Of a stretch of 64,000 bases of DNA, positions 1-11,436 are shown in pieces (position 1 is the first letter of the stretch; every line of letters starts with the position of its first letter). Source of the DNA: Octopus vulgaris (lineage: Eukaryota); the NCBI GenBank assembly GCA_951406725.2, contig OX597818.1, positions 124,868,001 to 124,932,000 of the forward strand. The letters run 5' to 3'. The notes below the pieces were generated by a model. That model had not been told where the DNA came from, did not search any database, and was given only the letters and a program-made list of their open reading frames with translations. The position numbers were made by a program, and so were the translations under genes.

Positions 1-355
1 GTGGTTCCTCCTGATGATGTCTTGAGCTAACTGGATCCTATAAAGGAGCTGTTGTGGTAGTAGACCACGAAACACGGTTGTAATTCCTCCTATGATAATG
101 GTAATTCTTTTCCAAAACTCAGACAATTCCCAGTACCCCGTGCCTGTTAATTCTTTCTCCCCTACAACTTTAATCCTTATGCTCTCCAACTTCATTGACT
201 ATTCTTTAATACATCAGATTGTTCCTGAATAAAGGGGACAAAAAAAAATCAAATTTAACCCAAATACCCTGTATATATACAAACACACATACACAAATAA
301 ACATTATATATATAAATATATACACACACACACAGTCACACACAAACATTATATA

Positions 356-1155
356 TTCTTTTATTTGTTTCAGTCATTTGACTGTGGCCATGCTGAAGCA
401 CGGCCTTCAGTCAAACAAATCGACCCCAGGACTTACTCTTTGTAAGCCTAGTACTTATCCTATCAGTGTCTTTTGCCGAACTGCTAAGTTACAGGGACGT
501 AAACACACCAACATCAAATTTCAAGTGATGGTGGGGGGGACAAGCACAAGCATTTACATATATATATAGGCGAAGGAGTGGCTGTGTGGTAAGTAGCTTG
601 CTAACCAACCACATGGTTCCGGGTTCAGTCCCACTGTGTGGCATCTTGGGCAAGTGTCTTCTGCTATAGCCCCGGGCCGACCAATGCCTTGTGAATGGAT
701 TTGGTAGACGGAAACTGAAAGAAGCCTGTCGTATATGTGTATATATATATGCGTATGTGTGTGTGTTTGTGTATGTGTGTTTGTCCCCCTAGCATTGCTT
801 GACAACCGATGCTGGTGTGTTTACGTCCCCGTCACTTAGCGGTTCGGCAAAAGAGACCATTAGAATAAGTACTGGGCTTACAAAGAATAAGTCCTGGGGT
901 CGATTTGCTCGACTAAAGGCGGTGCTCCAGCATGGCCGCAGTCAAATGACTGAAACAAGTAAGAGTAAAAATGAGAGAGAAAGTATATATATATATACGA
1001 CAGGCTTCTTTCAGTTTCTGTCAAACAAATCCACTCACAAGGCTTTGGTTGGCCCACGTCTAAAGTAGAAGACACTTACCCAAGGTGCCACACAGTGGGA
1101 CTGAACCTGGAACTATGTGGTTGGTAAGCAAGCTACTTACCACACAGCTACTCCT
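356..1155 (-). mobile_element. SINE family A copy split by a second, oppositely oriented family A copy
   Basis: Tail half at 356-548 and head half at 997-1155 match the reverse complement of the family A consensus; the break is in the internal (TA/CA)n tract. Confidence 0.8.
569..975 (+). mobile_element. tRNA-derived SINE family A, full length (~400 bp)
   Basis: Head GGCGAAGGAGTGGCTGTGTGGTAAG with Pol III box A-like TGGCTGTGTGG and box B-like GGTTCAGTCC; internal (TA/TG)n; 3' end CAGCATGGCCGCAGTCAAATGACTGAAACAAGTAAGAGT. More than 20 related copies occur in the window. Confidence 0.9.
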
Positions 1156-1158
1156 GAG

Positions 1159-1162
<4 letters not shown>

Positions 1163-1208
<46 letters not shown>

Positions 1209-1870
1209 TTCACATACAAACATAAATATACGCACATTCACATACAATATATATATATATATATACACATATGTATATATAAACACATTCACATACAAGC
1301 ATATATACACACATTCACATACCAACATATATACATACACACACATATACATACATATATGAACATATATACATATACACACATATACATATATTCCCAT
1401 ATGAACATATATACATATACACACATATACATACATATATTCACATATAAACATATATACATATATATATACATTCACATAGCAACATATATACATACAT
1501 ACATATATTCACATATGAACATATATACATATACACACATATACATACATATATACATATACACACATATACATATATTCCCATATGAACATATATACAT
1601 ATATACACATATACATACATATATGAACATATATACATACACACACATATACATACATATATTCACATATAAACATATGAACATATATACATATAAACAT
1701 ATGAACATATATACATATGAACATATATACATATGAACATATATATATATGAACATATATACATATAAACATATATACATATGAACATATATACATATGA
1801 ACATATATACATATAAACATATATACATATAAACATATATACATATAAACATATATACATATATATATAT
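1163..1870. repeat. Compound (TA)n/(CA)n microsatellite grading into a 16-bp minisatellite (CATATATACATAT[G/A]AA)n
   Basis: Periodicity is directly visible; the 16-bp unit is clearest at 1680-1860. Confidence 0.9.
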
Positions 1871-2148
1871 AAAATGACTAATTAATTTCAGTGATTTTTT
1901 TTTTTAATATGCTAACTCAATTGCTAATGTACAATCTACATTGTAATTCTCTCAATACTATTTTGGCATGTACAATGATATCTATGCTTTTCTGAGACTG
2001 TCTACCAAAACTCAAACATGTCTGGAGTTGTCTTTAATATTATTTTAAGCATTTTGGCAACTACTGATCATTGAACTAATACTGTCTTTACTACATTGCA
2101 TAAGTATTTCCAATTAGATATTTCAATGCTCACTACTAAATATGCTAA

Positions 2149-2197
<49 letters not shown>

Positions 2198-2201
<4 letters not shown>

Positions 2202-2406
2202 GTTGTCCGGAAAGTTCATGCCGATTTTTAAAGGAAAGAAAAAGGTCAATAAATACTTGCCATTACATTTTTAATCAACCAAATATGAACCATTTTGTTG
2301 CACAATGCGTCTCCATCTTTCCTTTCACTTGAAAATATCCTCTTCCCAGAAATGAGTTGCCTGGGAGGGTAAGTCGAAATTGGCATGAACTTTCTGGACA
2401 ACCCAA
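2198..2406 (-). mobile_element. Non-autonomous mariner derivative (MITE)
   Basis: ~29-bp TIRs TTGGGTTGTCCGGAAAGTTCATGCCGATTT / AAATTGGCATGAACTTTCTGGACAACCCAA with TA flanks; the minus strand retains a mariner-like C-terminus KERWRRIVQQNGSYLVD*. Confidence 0.85.
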
Positions 2407-2629
2407 TATATACATACACATGCGCATATATTCTTGTATTTGTTTCAGTCATATGACTGCCACCTTGCTGGAGCACTGCCTAGAAGGGTTTTGCTTTTTT
2501 AGTCAAAGTAATCAACCCTAGTACTTATTGTTTGAAAGCCTAGTACTTACTCTATTGGTGTCCTTGTCTGAACCACTAAGTTGAAAGCACACCAACATTG
2601 GTTGTCAAGCAATGGTGGAGAGGGGACAA

Positions 2630-3560
2630 AGGTGGCGAGCTGGCAGAAACATTAGTACACTAGGTGAAATACTTAGTGGTATTTTGTCTGTCTTTACGTT
2701 CTAAGTGCAAATGCCGCCAAGGTCAACTTCGCCTTTCATCCTTTCAGGGTTGATAAATAGGTCGACCCCAGTTGCGTACTGGCTAGATAAAGCTAGTTTA
2801 AATCCTAAAGGGTCAAATCACTTTAAAGCAGAAATTGTATCACAGAACCAGGGGTGACCTCAGGTGGAATTGGTATCAAAAAGGCGAAAGAAAGTAGAAA
2901 TCATTGCCGTTACTCTAAGAGGCAGAATTGTGAGAGCATTGGACAAAATGCTTTGTAATATTAAGTTTTCTAGGCTCTTTACATTCTGAGTTCAAATCCT
3001 GCCAAACTAAACTTTAGCTTGTCCTCCCTCAGAGATGGGTGTGGAGGAGTTGATAAAATAAAGTCCCTGTCAAGTACTAGAAGCAATTTAATCAAGTCAT
3101 ACTCCAGCTTTGTGCCCTGTATCAGAAACAATTAAGAGCCCTCATTAAAGTGTCAAATAATTAAAAAAAAAAGGGAGGGGCCTGGTATTATTTGTTCCAG
3201 CTCCTTGAATTCTGAATTCAAATCCTGCCAAAGTTTGCCTTTCATACTTTTGGGGCTGATAATATGAAATAGCAGTCAAGTACTATATTCAACGGTACCA
3301 ACTTGCACCAACTTACCAAAATTGCTGGCCTTGCGCCTAAAACAGAAATTATTATTTTAAGGTGGTGTGGGTTGGTAGAATCATAAGAGCATCAACCTTT
3401 GTGATAATCCACTGGGTTCTTTACATTCTGAGTTTAAATCATGCCAAGGCCAACTTGCCTTCTCTCTGTGTAGGGCAGATAAAATAAAATACCAGTCAAG
3501 TACTGGGAAGATGATTTAATTGACTAATGCTCTTCCACCTCCAAATTTGTGGTCTTATGC
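2630..3560 (+). mobile_element. Cluster of old, degenerate SINE family B copies
   Basis: Repeated TTCTGAGTTCAAATCCTGCCAA...GCCTTTCATCC...GATAAAATA..CAGTCAAGTACT motifs near 2630, 2980, 3210 and 3420. Confidence 0.6.
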
Positions 3561-3564
3561 CTCT

Positions 3565-3773
3565 CTTTCTCTCTTTTACTTGTTTCAGTCATTTCACTGC
3601 GGCCATGCTGGAGCACCGCCTTTAGTTGAGCAAATCGACCCCGGGACTTTATTCTTTGTAAGCCCAGTACTTATTCTATCGGTCGCTTTTTGCCGAACCA
3701 CTAAGTGACGGGGATGTAAACACACCAGCATCGGTTGTCAAGCAATGCTAGGGGGACAAACACAGACACACAA

Positions 3774-3808
<35 letters not shown>

Positions 3809-3975
3809 CATATATACGACAGGCTTCTTTCAGTTTCCATCTACCAAATCCACTCACAAGGCATTGGTCGGCCCGGGGCTATAGCAGAAGACATTTGCCC
3901 AAGATGCCACGCAGTGGGATTGAACCCGGAACCATGTGGTTGGTTAGCATGCTAATTACCACACAGCCACTCCTG
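3565..3975 (-). mobile_element. SINE family A, full length
   Basis: Near-identical to the reverse complement of 569-975. Confidence 0.9.
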
Positions 3976-3989
3976 TGTCTATGTTAGAA

Positions 3990-4021
<32 letters not shown>

Positions 4022-6667
4022 ATAACTGTTATTCTCCCTCTACCATGACGTCACATTGACTAATTGCCGCCCACATTACATACCAAGATTGAGGACAGTT
4101 GTCCTAAAGTAATCAACTGCCTTTCGGATGGTGTGATGGGAGAGGTGGTGGTGGTGGTGGTGGCTGTCAAGGAAATATCTGTATCTCAATTGCGTACTGA
4201 ATCTGAAGAGCTGTTTAAAAAAAATATTACTGACTAATGGAAATTCTATACTTTCTCTAATGTAATTTTTACACGATAGTTTTCTAAAATTATTCCTTTT
4301 TCCCCCACAGCCAGGAAGTCATTTTGTTTCCCTACTATTTGATTTATAAATAACATTTTATATCAGGTGGTGTGTGTGTTTGTGTGCGTTTTGTCTTGGT
4401 TTTCACTTGCAGATCTAATAAGGATGGATACTTCAGTGACACATCATAACAGGATGGGGGATGGAGGGGGGGGGGGGGCGATGATCTGTCGAATGTGCAA
4501 CATGAAGTTGCAAGACAGACAGACTAAAGTGTAAGACAGTTGATTAGAGCAACTGGTGGGTTGTAGAGCAATTGATCATAATGACAGCACAAGGCAGGAA
4601 TAATGGTGCAACGAATGAGGTGTTGGATGGCAGTTGAAACATGAGCAGCGATAGTAAGGCATCTGCAGAAACTGGAGGAATAAAAGTTACGATCTTGTGG
4701 ATCAGTAAAGGATAATGATTAAGGTTCAATAGCAATGGATTATGACGGCATTCATTGATAAATAAATGCTAGCAAAGATGAATATGTTGGTTTAATGTTG
4801 GTTTAACATTTAGACTTATAATCCTTTAGCGTTCAGATTACTGTCAAATGCAATGCTTAAAAAGCATCTGTACCATTGCTGCATAAAAGTGCCCAGTACA
4901 CTCTGTCAAGTGGTTGGTGTTAGGAAGGGCATCCGGCCATAGAAACCATGCCAAAACAGACAATTTGAACCTAAACAGCTCTTCAGTTGGCCAGCTCCTG
5001 CCAAACAGTCCAACCTATGCCAGTATGGAAAATAGATGTTAAGTGATGATGATGATTGTTTTGAATTAATCATGCATTATTTTGTAGCTTTGGGATCTGA
5101 CTAGCCTGAGGGTTGTGTTCATCTTGAGTGTCTGCATCTGCAAGGTTTCTACAGCTGTATGCCCTGCCTAAAGCCAACCACTTTACAGAGAGTACAGCAC
5201 TAGTGAGATCACCATATAACTCACAAGACAAGACTACTTCACAGAGTTAGGGTACAGTATTGAGGAAAGAGGCTTTACACCAGGGGTAGAGAAGCTAAAG
5301 CAGGGAAGAAGGACAGGAATAGGTGTCTTGCTGTAAAGGAGCTACGTGGCTACACCAGCAACAAAGGAAGAAAAGATAGTAGGGATGAGCTATCAAAGGT
5401 GTACCCTCAAAGTACAAAATGGTGGACAGAGAGAATAGGGACAGAGGATGGTCGGATGGGAAGGCAGAAGGATGCAGTGAAGCATGGAGAATGCAGAAGA
5501 TGCACAGTGGTAGAAACAGACGCCAGGCATACATAGGGATACCTATATAGTGAATGACAAAAAAAGGACGCAATTAAAGGCTTGAGTGACAATCCATTTT
5601 TCCCAAGTGTATCAAGGACTACATTATTCAATATGATCTTTTTAAAATAACTAAATACAAAAGGAACTATTTGGTAATTTTTCTTTCTTTTTTGGTCATT
5701 TCATCCAGTAGCATGAGTCCTAGGGCTATTGGTACCCTGGTTATGCTAATGTTCTTTTAACAAGATAGGATTAAGATTATGATATTTCACTCCGTCAGTT
5801 GCAGCACAGTTTATATTTGAAAGATAGCATTTTCTTCTACGAATTAACAAAAGTAGGTTCCTCTGTATAATTTAAAAACAAAACAAAAGAGACAAAAAAA
5901 TCCCTCTCTGCATGTTGCTTTTCAAAGAATGTAGATACATGCCAAGAAATATTTAGTGCCTGTCATCTCGAAGCAATTGTTCCAATTGACAGTGCTTTGA
6001 GGTAGTGCTGAAATATACCTTAATTATTCTCATTAATATATGTGCACCTGAACCACACCGAAAATTTAAAGCTTATTATTAACTCAAAGCCAAACACAAT
6101 TATTATTTTTTTTTTTTCAAAAGCAAGCAAGGGAATTATTATTTCTTGTCAGTTCACAAAGAAACATACAAATTAGAGCATTACAGAAAGAAATTGCGGA
6201 TAGTACAATTAAAGGAATATAAAAGAGAACAAAACTACAAGATTATGCCCAAAAGTAGTGATTATTAAATGCTGGGTATCACTAAGTACAAATTCAATTT
6301 AAAAAACATATAATTGAACATGATAATTTGATTCGAACAAAAAAATATTAACATTATCCTTTTCATGAGCAAATTTTTAATGGAATCCGTCGTCTTTGTA
6401 TTTCAAGTGAATTTGAAAATAATCAAGAATTTTGAAATATTCAAGTAAAATAACTAAAATAACTTGCACATTAATAATGTGAAAGTTTTATGTTCTAAAT
6501 GCCATTTTAATAAGATGGCATTTAGATCACAGAAGTTTCTTATATAAAAAAAATGATGATAGAACGTTTTGATTTCAATCTGAACACTTTAAAATAAGTT
6601 TCATATCACAGAACTAGAGGCAGTTTTAGCTGGGTTGGTAATCAAAATGGTTTATGTGTGTATGTGT

Positions 6668-6710
<43 letters not shown>

Positions 6711-6711
<1 letters not shown>

Positions 6712-7106
6712 GGTAAAGACCTCTTTCAGTCATGAATGACCATGGGATTGCTCCTAGAAAGTTCCCCTCCAAGGCACAGGTCTGGGCAAGGTTGTTTGGT
6801 TGTATTATTGCCCATACAGGTGCACAAAGAGTGGGATCTGGGCAAGGTTTTTTATGAAAGACCAGCAGTCACCCATGCATACCAGCCCCACCTCTCTCTA
6901 TGCCACTGATGTTATCCAAAGAAAAGGCAAAGGCCGATTACAGCTTGACACCAGTGATGTTGCAACTTATTTCTACAGCTGAGTGAACTGAAGCAACATG
7001 AAATAAAGTGTCTTGCTCAAGAACACAACACACAGCCCAGTCCAGGAACTGAACTCACTGCCTCATGATTGTGAACCCAATGCTCTAACTATTGAACCAA
7101 GCACCT
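6711..7106 (-). mobile_element. tRNA-derived SINE family D (CORE-SINE-like), older copy with an internal duplication
   Basis: Aligns to 8536-8878; the segment GGGCAAGGTT occurs twice (about 6785 and 6840). Confidence 0.8.
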
Positions 7107-7123
7107 TCACAAGTGGGAGATTC

Positions 7124-7214
7124 TTACAGCACCTAAGTTTCCCAAGTGGTCACTCATCTAAGTACTAACTTGCTTAACTTTGGTAATTGGACAAGAACCA
7201 GAGCATTCAATGTG
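7124..7214 (-). pseudogene. 5S rRNA-derived sequence (pseudogene or SINE3-like head), left copy
   Basis: Reverse complement CACATTGAATGCTCTGGTTCTTGTCCAATTACCAAAGTTAAGCAAGTTAGTACTTAGATGAGTGACCACTTGGGAAACTTAGGTGCTGTAAG follows metazoan 5S rRNA (box A AGTTAAGC, box C region TTAGATGAGTGACC); 5'-truncated with a ~11-nt internal deletion. Confidence 0.8.
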
Positions 7215-7490
7215 TGTATATATACACAGTACAGTACAAAAGTCTTCAGACGTTTCCCATTGCGTTTTTTAGGGATGAAACATTGGCCCTGTTAGAGTCA
7301 TTTCCGTGGTTAACCATTATATTTTGTAGTAGGGTTTCTGAATGAAAGAAGATGTGAGACGACCACCAAAAGTGGCCATGCAAAAGTTTACGGCCACCTC
7401 ACATAAAGCAATCAAGATACAGTGTTTTAAAACAGAAAAATGTCTATAATGAAAATTTATTACATAATTTTCATTTCAAGAAGTTACTGT

Positions 7491-7975
7491 CATCATCATC
7501 ATCACTGTTTAACGTCCGCTTTCCATGATAGCATGGGTTGGACGATTTTGACTGAGGGCTGGCGAACCAGATGGCTGCATCAGGCTCCAATCTTGATCTG
7601 GCAGAGTTTCTACAGCTGGATGCTCTTCCTAACGCCAACCACTCCAAGAGTGTGGTGGGTGCTCTTTACGTGCCACCGGCACGGGGGCCAGTCAGGCGGT
7701 ACTGGCAACGGCGAGCTGGCAGAACCGTTAGCACACCGGGCGAAATGCTTAGCGGTATTTTGTCTGCCATTATGTTGTGAGTTCAAATTCCGCCGAGGTC
7801 GACTTTGCCCTTCATCCTTTCGGGGTCGATAAATTAAGTACCAGTTACGCACTGGGGTCGATGTAATCGACTTAATACTTATGTCTGTCTTTGTTTGTCC
7901 CCTCTGTGTTTAGCCCCTTGTGGGTAATAAAGAAATAGGTACTGGCAACGACCTCGCTCGAATCCTTTTACACAT
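7491..7975 (-). mobile_element. Family C element (RTE-LINE 3' end, (GAT)n tail) containing a SINE B insertion
   Basis: (CAT)n at 7491, then TTTAACGTCCGCTTTCCATG...CTGGATGCTCTTCCTAACGCCAACCACTCC, as in the other family C copies. Confidence 0.8.
7710..7937 (+). mobile_element. SINE family B (Meta-domain-like SINE) with 13-bp TSD
   Basis: Head GGCGAGCTGGCAGAA; box B-like GAGTTCAAATTCC; central GTCGACTTTGCCCTTCATCCTTTCGGGGTCGATAAATTAAGTACCAG resembles the MetaSINE domain; TSD GGTACTGGCAACG at 7698-7710 and 7938-7950. Confidence 0.85.
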
Positions 7976-8535
7976 GCCACATGTGGCTTCCCTCAGCTTG
8001 AATAGTTGCTTCAATTCGCCTGGGAAGACATGCGTACAAATCCTTCACCATCTTCACAAGTATGAGATGCCATTCTCTGTAGCTGAGTTCCCACAACTCA
8101 AGATTGCGTGGATTCTTCTGACGATTTCTTCTCTTTAGTTCTGTCCACATTTGCTCAATGATATTTAAGTCAGGGCTCTGAGCTGGTCAATCTTTCAATA
8201 CAGTAACACCTTCAGTAGTGAGACTGCTGTTACATGCAATCTGTGGCATGGGGCTCTGTCATGCTGGAAAATCTCACCTTCACCCAAGTCTGGTATGAAA
8301 TTGTCCTTCAGCAACTGGATGTATTTGGTACTATTTCCTTTAACAGTAAGGAACTGCTTTATGTAAGGAGGCTGTAAACTTTTGCACGGCCATTTCTGGT
8401 GGTCGTCTCACATCTTCTTTCATTCAGAAACCCTACAACAAAATATAATGGTTAACCACTGAAATGACTCTAACAGGGCCAATGTTTCATCTCTAAAAAA
8501 CGCAATGAGAAACATCTGAAGACTTTTGTACAGTA

Positions 8536-8878
8536 AGGGTAAGGGTAAAGACCCCCTTCGGTCATGAATGACCATGGGATTGCACCTAGAAAGTTACCAT
8601 CCTAGACACAAGTCCGGGCAAGGTTGTTTATGGAAGACCAGCAGTCGCCCATGCATACTAGCCTCCCCTCTCCATGCCACCAGTGTTATCCAAGGGAAAG
8701 ACAAAGGTCGATACAGCTTGGCACCAGTGACGTCGCAACTCATTTCTACAGCTGAGTGAACTGGAGCAACGTGAAATAAAGTGCCTTGCTCAAGAACACA
8801 ACACGCAGCCCGGTCCGGGATTCGAGCTCACAACCTCACGATCGTAAGCTCGGCGCTCTAACCACTGAGCCATGCGCC
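8536..8878 (-). mobile_element. tRNA-derived SINE family D (CORE-SINE-like), young copy with 11-bp TSD
   Basis: Minus-strand head GGCGCATGGCTCAGTGGTTAGAGCG...GAGCTCGAATCCCGG (box A/B); CORE-like TTGAGCAAGGCACTTTATTTCACGTTGCTCCAGTTCACTCAGCTGTAGAAATGAG; (TTACCC)n tail; TSD TTTGTACAGTA at 8525-8535 and 8879-8889. Confidence 0.9.
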
Positions 8879-8904
8879 TTTGTACAGTACTGTGTATATA
8901 TACA

Positions 8905-8996
8905 CACATTGAATGCACTGGTTCTTGTCCAATCACCAAAGTTAAGCAAGTTAGTACTTAGATGAGTGACCACTTGGCAAACTTAGGTGCTGTAAG
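8905..8996 (+). pseudogene. 5S rRNA-derived sequence, right copy
   Basis: CACATTGAATGCACTGGTTCTTGTCCAATCACCAAAGTTAAGCAAGTTAGTACTTAGATGAGTGACCACTTGGCAAACTTAGGTGCTGTAAG; same truncation and deletion as the left copy. Confidence 0.8.
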
Positions 8997-9034
8997 AATC
9001 TCACACTTGTGGAGGTGCTTGGTTCAATTGTGCG

Positions 9035-9076
9035 TAGATTTGGTATACAGAAACTGAAAGAAACCTCTAGAATATT

Positions 9077-9123
<47 letters not shown>

Positions 9124-9335
9124 ATCAGTGTTTGTCCCCCCTCCCCCACATCACAACTTGACAACCAAAGTTTGTGTGTTTACATTCCCGTAACTTAGTG
9201 ATTCAGCAAAAGAGACTGATAGAATAAGTACTAGGCTCTAAAAATAAGTACTGGGATCAATTCAGTCAACTAAAAATTCAAGACAGTGCCCCAGCATGGC
9301 CGCAGTCCAATGACTGAAACAAGTAAAAGATAAAA
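9035..9335 (+). mobile_element. SINE family A, 5'-truncated older copy
   Basis: GATTTGGTATACAGAAACTGAAAG through TGACTGAAACAAGTAAAAGA. Confidence 0.8.
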
Positions 9336-10989
9336 GAAAGACCAATATTATTTCCCTTGAATGGTTGTTCCTTAGAGGGCGCTGGCAGGTTGCATATTCC
9401 AGTGACCAAATGAGCAATGTCAAAAATCTATTGCTCCTGTCTGTACATGCCACCCAAGGCGGTAATATCAAAGAAGAGAACGCAGACTGAACGTGACAAA
9501 CCCAATGTCAAGATCCCAACCCCAAAAATAGAGCAAGCAAATGTAAACAATAAAAGTTGATCTAAATAATATTTGATCAAGCAAAGGAGTTCAATATCAG
9601 AAGGACTGGCAAAAAAGGTGCCACTTGAGACCATAACTAAGTCACCTGATAGTGCCGATTTCATTATATATATATGTGCCACAAAGGATGGTCTTGAAAC
9701 TACAGTGAGTGGGTCATTTGCTGGCATGCTGAGATTTATGGTAAACAAATTCCTTTAACAGTAAGGAACTGAAATTTTTGGACACGAGAAATCGCTGACA
9801 ATAATGAAAATAATTTAGATAACCGTGGAAGTATAAGAAGTAACTCAAGATATGTTTCAATTTTATTAGATCTCCTCAACAAAGCTCAGACCTCACCGTT
9901 TTCGCTGAAGTGGTAATGAAAGAACTACTAAGTAAACATGTACTATTATACACAAACATGTATATTAGAAAATTAGCATATTTTGGAGAAGATATTACTC
10001 ATGCCATCAGCATGAAAAGCAATTATAAGGTTAAGTGTTATCATATCTAATGTAATGAGAAGCAAAAAAAAAAAAAAAACATGAAAGAGACACAATTATG
10101 CAGTGAAGAAACAGCATTAATTAATGACTAATATTACTTCAATTATTCAACACTTAATTTAATCTACTCTGGAACAGTAAAGTGAAAATCATTTGTAATT
10201 AGATTTGAATTCAGGATGTAAACAATTGTAACAAAATACTGAAAAACATATACACTGACACTGTTTCCACTACCCTACTGCCATCATGTCATGAGGACAG
10301 TAGGGTAGCAGGAAAAAAAAATGGTAATGGCAAAAAAGGGATAGACAAGAACAGGAAGATATATGATGCATGGTAATCGTGTATAATTCATAAACTAACA
10401 GACTCTCTTCCTCAAACAAAAACTGCTCAGTAGTTAGAAAAAAAACTCTTATATCAGTATGTGCTTGCACGTTTCACATAGCTCAGATGTCTCTAACTTA
10501 ATTACTGACAAGGAGTGAAACTGCTGTGTAAACATTCTTCTCAATGTTGCCAATGTCTGTGTTGTAAACCTAACCCATCGCCACCATATGCAGCTGCTGC
10601 TTTGTCTTGTCTCACAGATGGACTTCATTAAAACAAGCTTTTCAAGTCTACAGCTGCTATTATGGAAAAAAAAAAAAAATAGCTGTGGTTACAATGGCTG
10701 AATCTTTTCAAACCCTCACACCAGTTACATTTATGATTTTTTTAAAATTTTTATTTTATTATTTTACTGGTTGCAACCAGTGGACTGTGACCATATTCGC
10801 ATACCACCATAAAGGGTCCAGTACTAAAATGCAAAATGGTCATCAATATAAAGAGAGTTAATACAGTAAAGCATAGACATAGGCTACTTTTGTAGGAATG
10901 CATCAGTTTGGGATAGCCAAAGAGTCAGTAAGCATCTTTTCTGATGAGGGGACAATTATCTCTGCAACAGGTTCATAAGAAGACTCCTA

Positions 10990-11240
10990 CTCTCTTACTC
11001 TTTTACTTGTTTCAGTCATTTGACTGCAGCCATACTGGAGCACCGCCTTTAATCGAGCAACTCGACCCCGGGACTTATTCTTTGTAAGTCCAGTACTTAT
11101 TCTATCGGTCTCTTTTGCCGAACCGCTAAGTTACAGGGACATAAAACACACCAGCATCGGTTGTCAAGCGATGTTGGGGGGACAAACACAGACATACAAA
11201 CATACACGCACACACACACACACATACAAACATACACACG

Positions 11241-11274
<34 letters not shown>

Positions 11275-11436
11275 CGACGAGCTTCTTTCAGTTTCCGTCT
11301 ACCAAATCCACTCACAAGGCTTTGGTCGGCCCGAGGTTATAGTAGAAGACACTTGCCCAAGGTGCCACGCAGTGGGACTGAACCCGGAACCATGTAGTTG
11401 GTAAACAAGCTATTTACCACACAGCCACTCCCGCGC
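10990..11436 (-). mobile_element. SINE family A, full length
   Basis: High identity to the family A consensus. Confidence 0.9.

Larger units (their letters stand above)
7227..8892 (-). mobile_element. Internally deleted Tc1-like (DD34E-type) DNA transposon with ~180-bp inverted arms and nested insertions
   Basis: Arms start CAGTACAGTACAAAAGTCTTCAGA (7227-7410) and match 8355-8535 plus 8890-8892 inverted. Minus strand 7980-8335 encodes NSTKYIQLLKDNFIPDL..GEIFQHDRAPCH...D*PAQSPDLNIIEQMWTELKRR..KNPRNL...LPRRIEATIQAEG, typical of a Tc1 transposase C-terminus. Confidence 0.85.

Noticed and set aside
554-1075. Recurrent peptides such as RQASFSFRLPNPLTR, CEFKFRRGRLCLSSFRGR and LDALPNANHS in many ORFs
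   Set aside because: They are translations of SINE A, SINE B and family C repeats, not a gene family.
1117-1860. YIYI/HTHT-rich ORFs (also 16624-17472, 38204-39769 and many others)
   Set aside because: These are translations of TA/CA microsatellites.
8800-8878. tRNA-like sequence on the minus strand
   Set aside because: It is the head of SINE D: no proper acceptor stem, continuous with the SINE body, and bounded by a TSD.
8905-8996. Functional 5S rRNA genes
   Set aside because: Both copies are 5'-truncated, have an internal deletion and many transitions, and lack a T-run terminator, so they are called pseudogenes.
9368-9385. CTCF-like motif CCTTAGAGGGCGCTG
   Set aside because: Only a partial match, in probable transposon-derived sequence, and unsupported without ChIP data.
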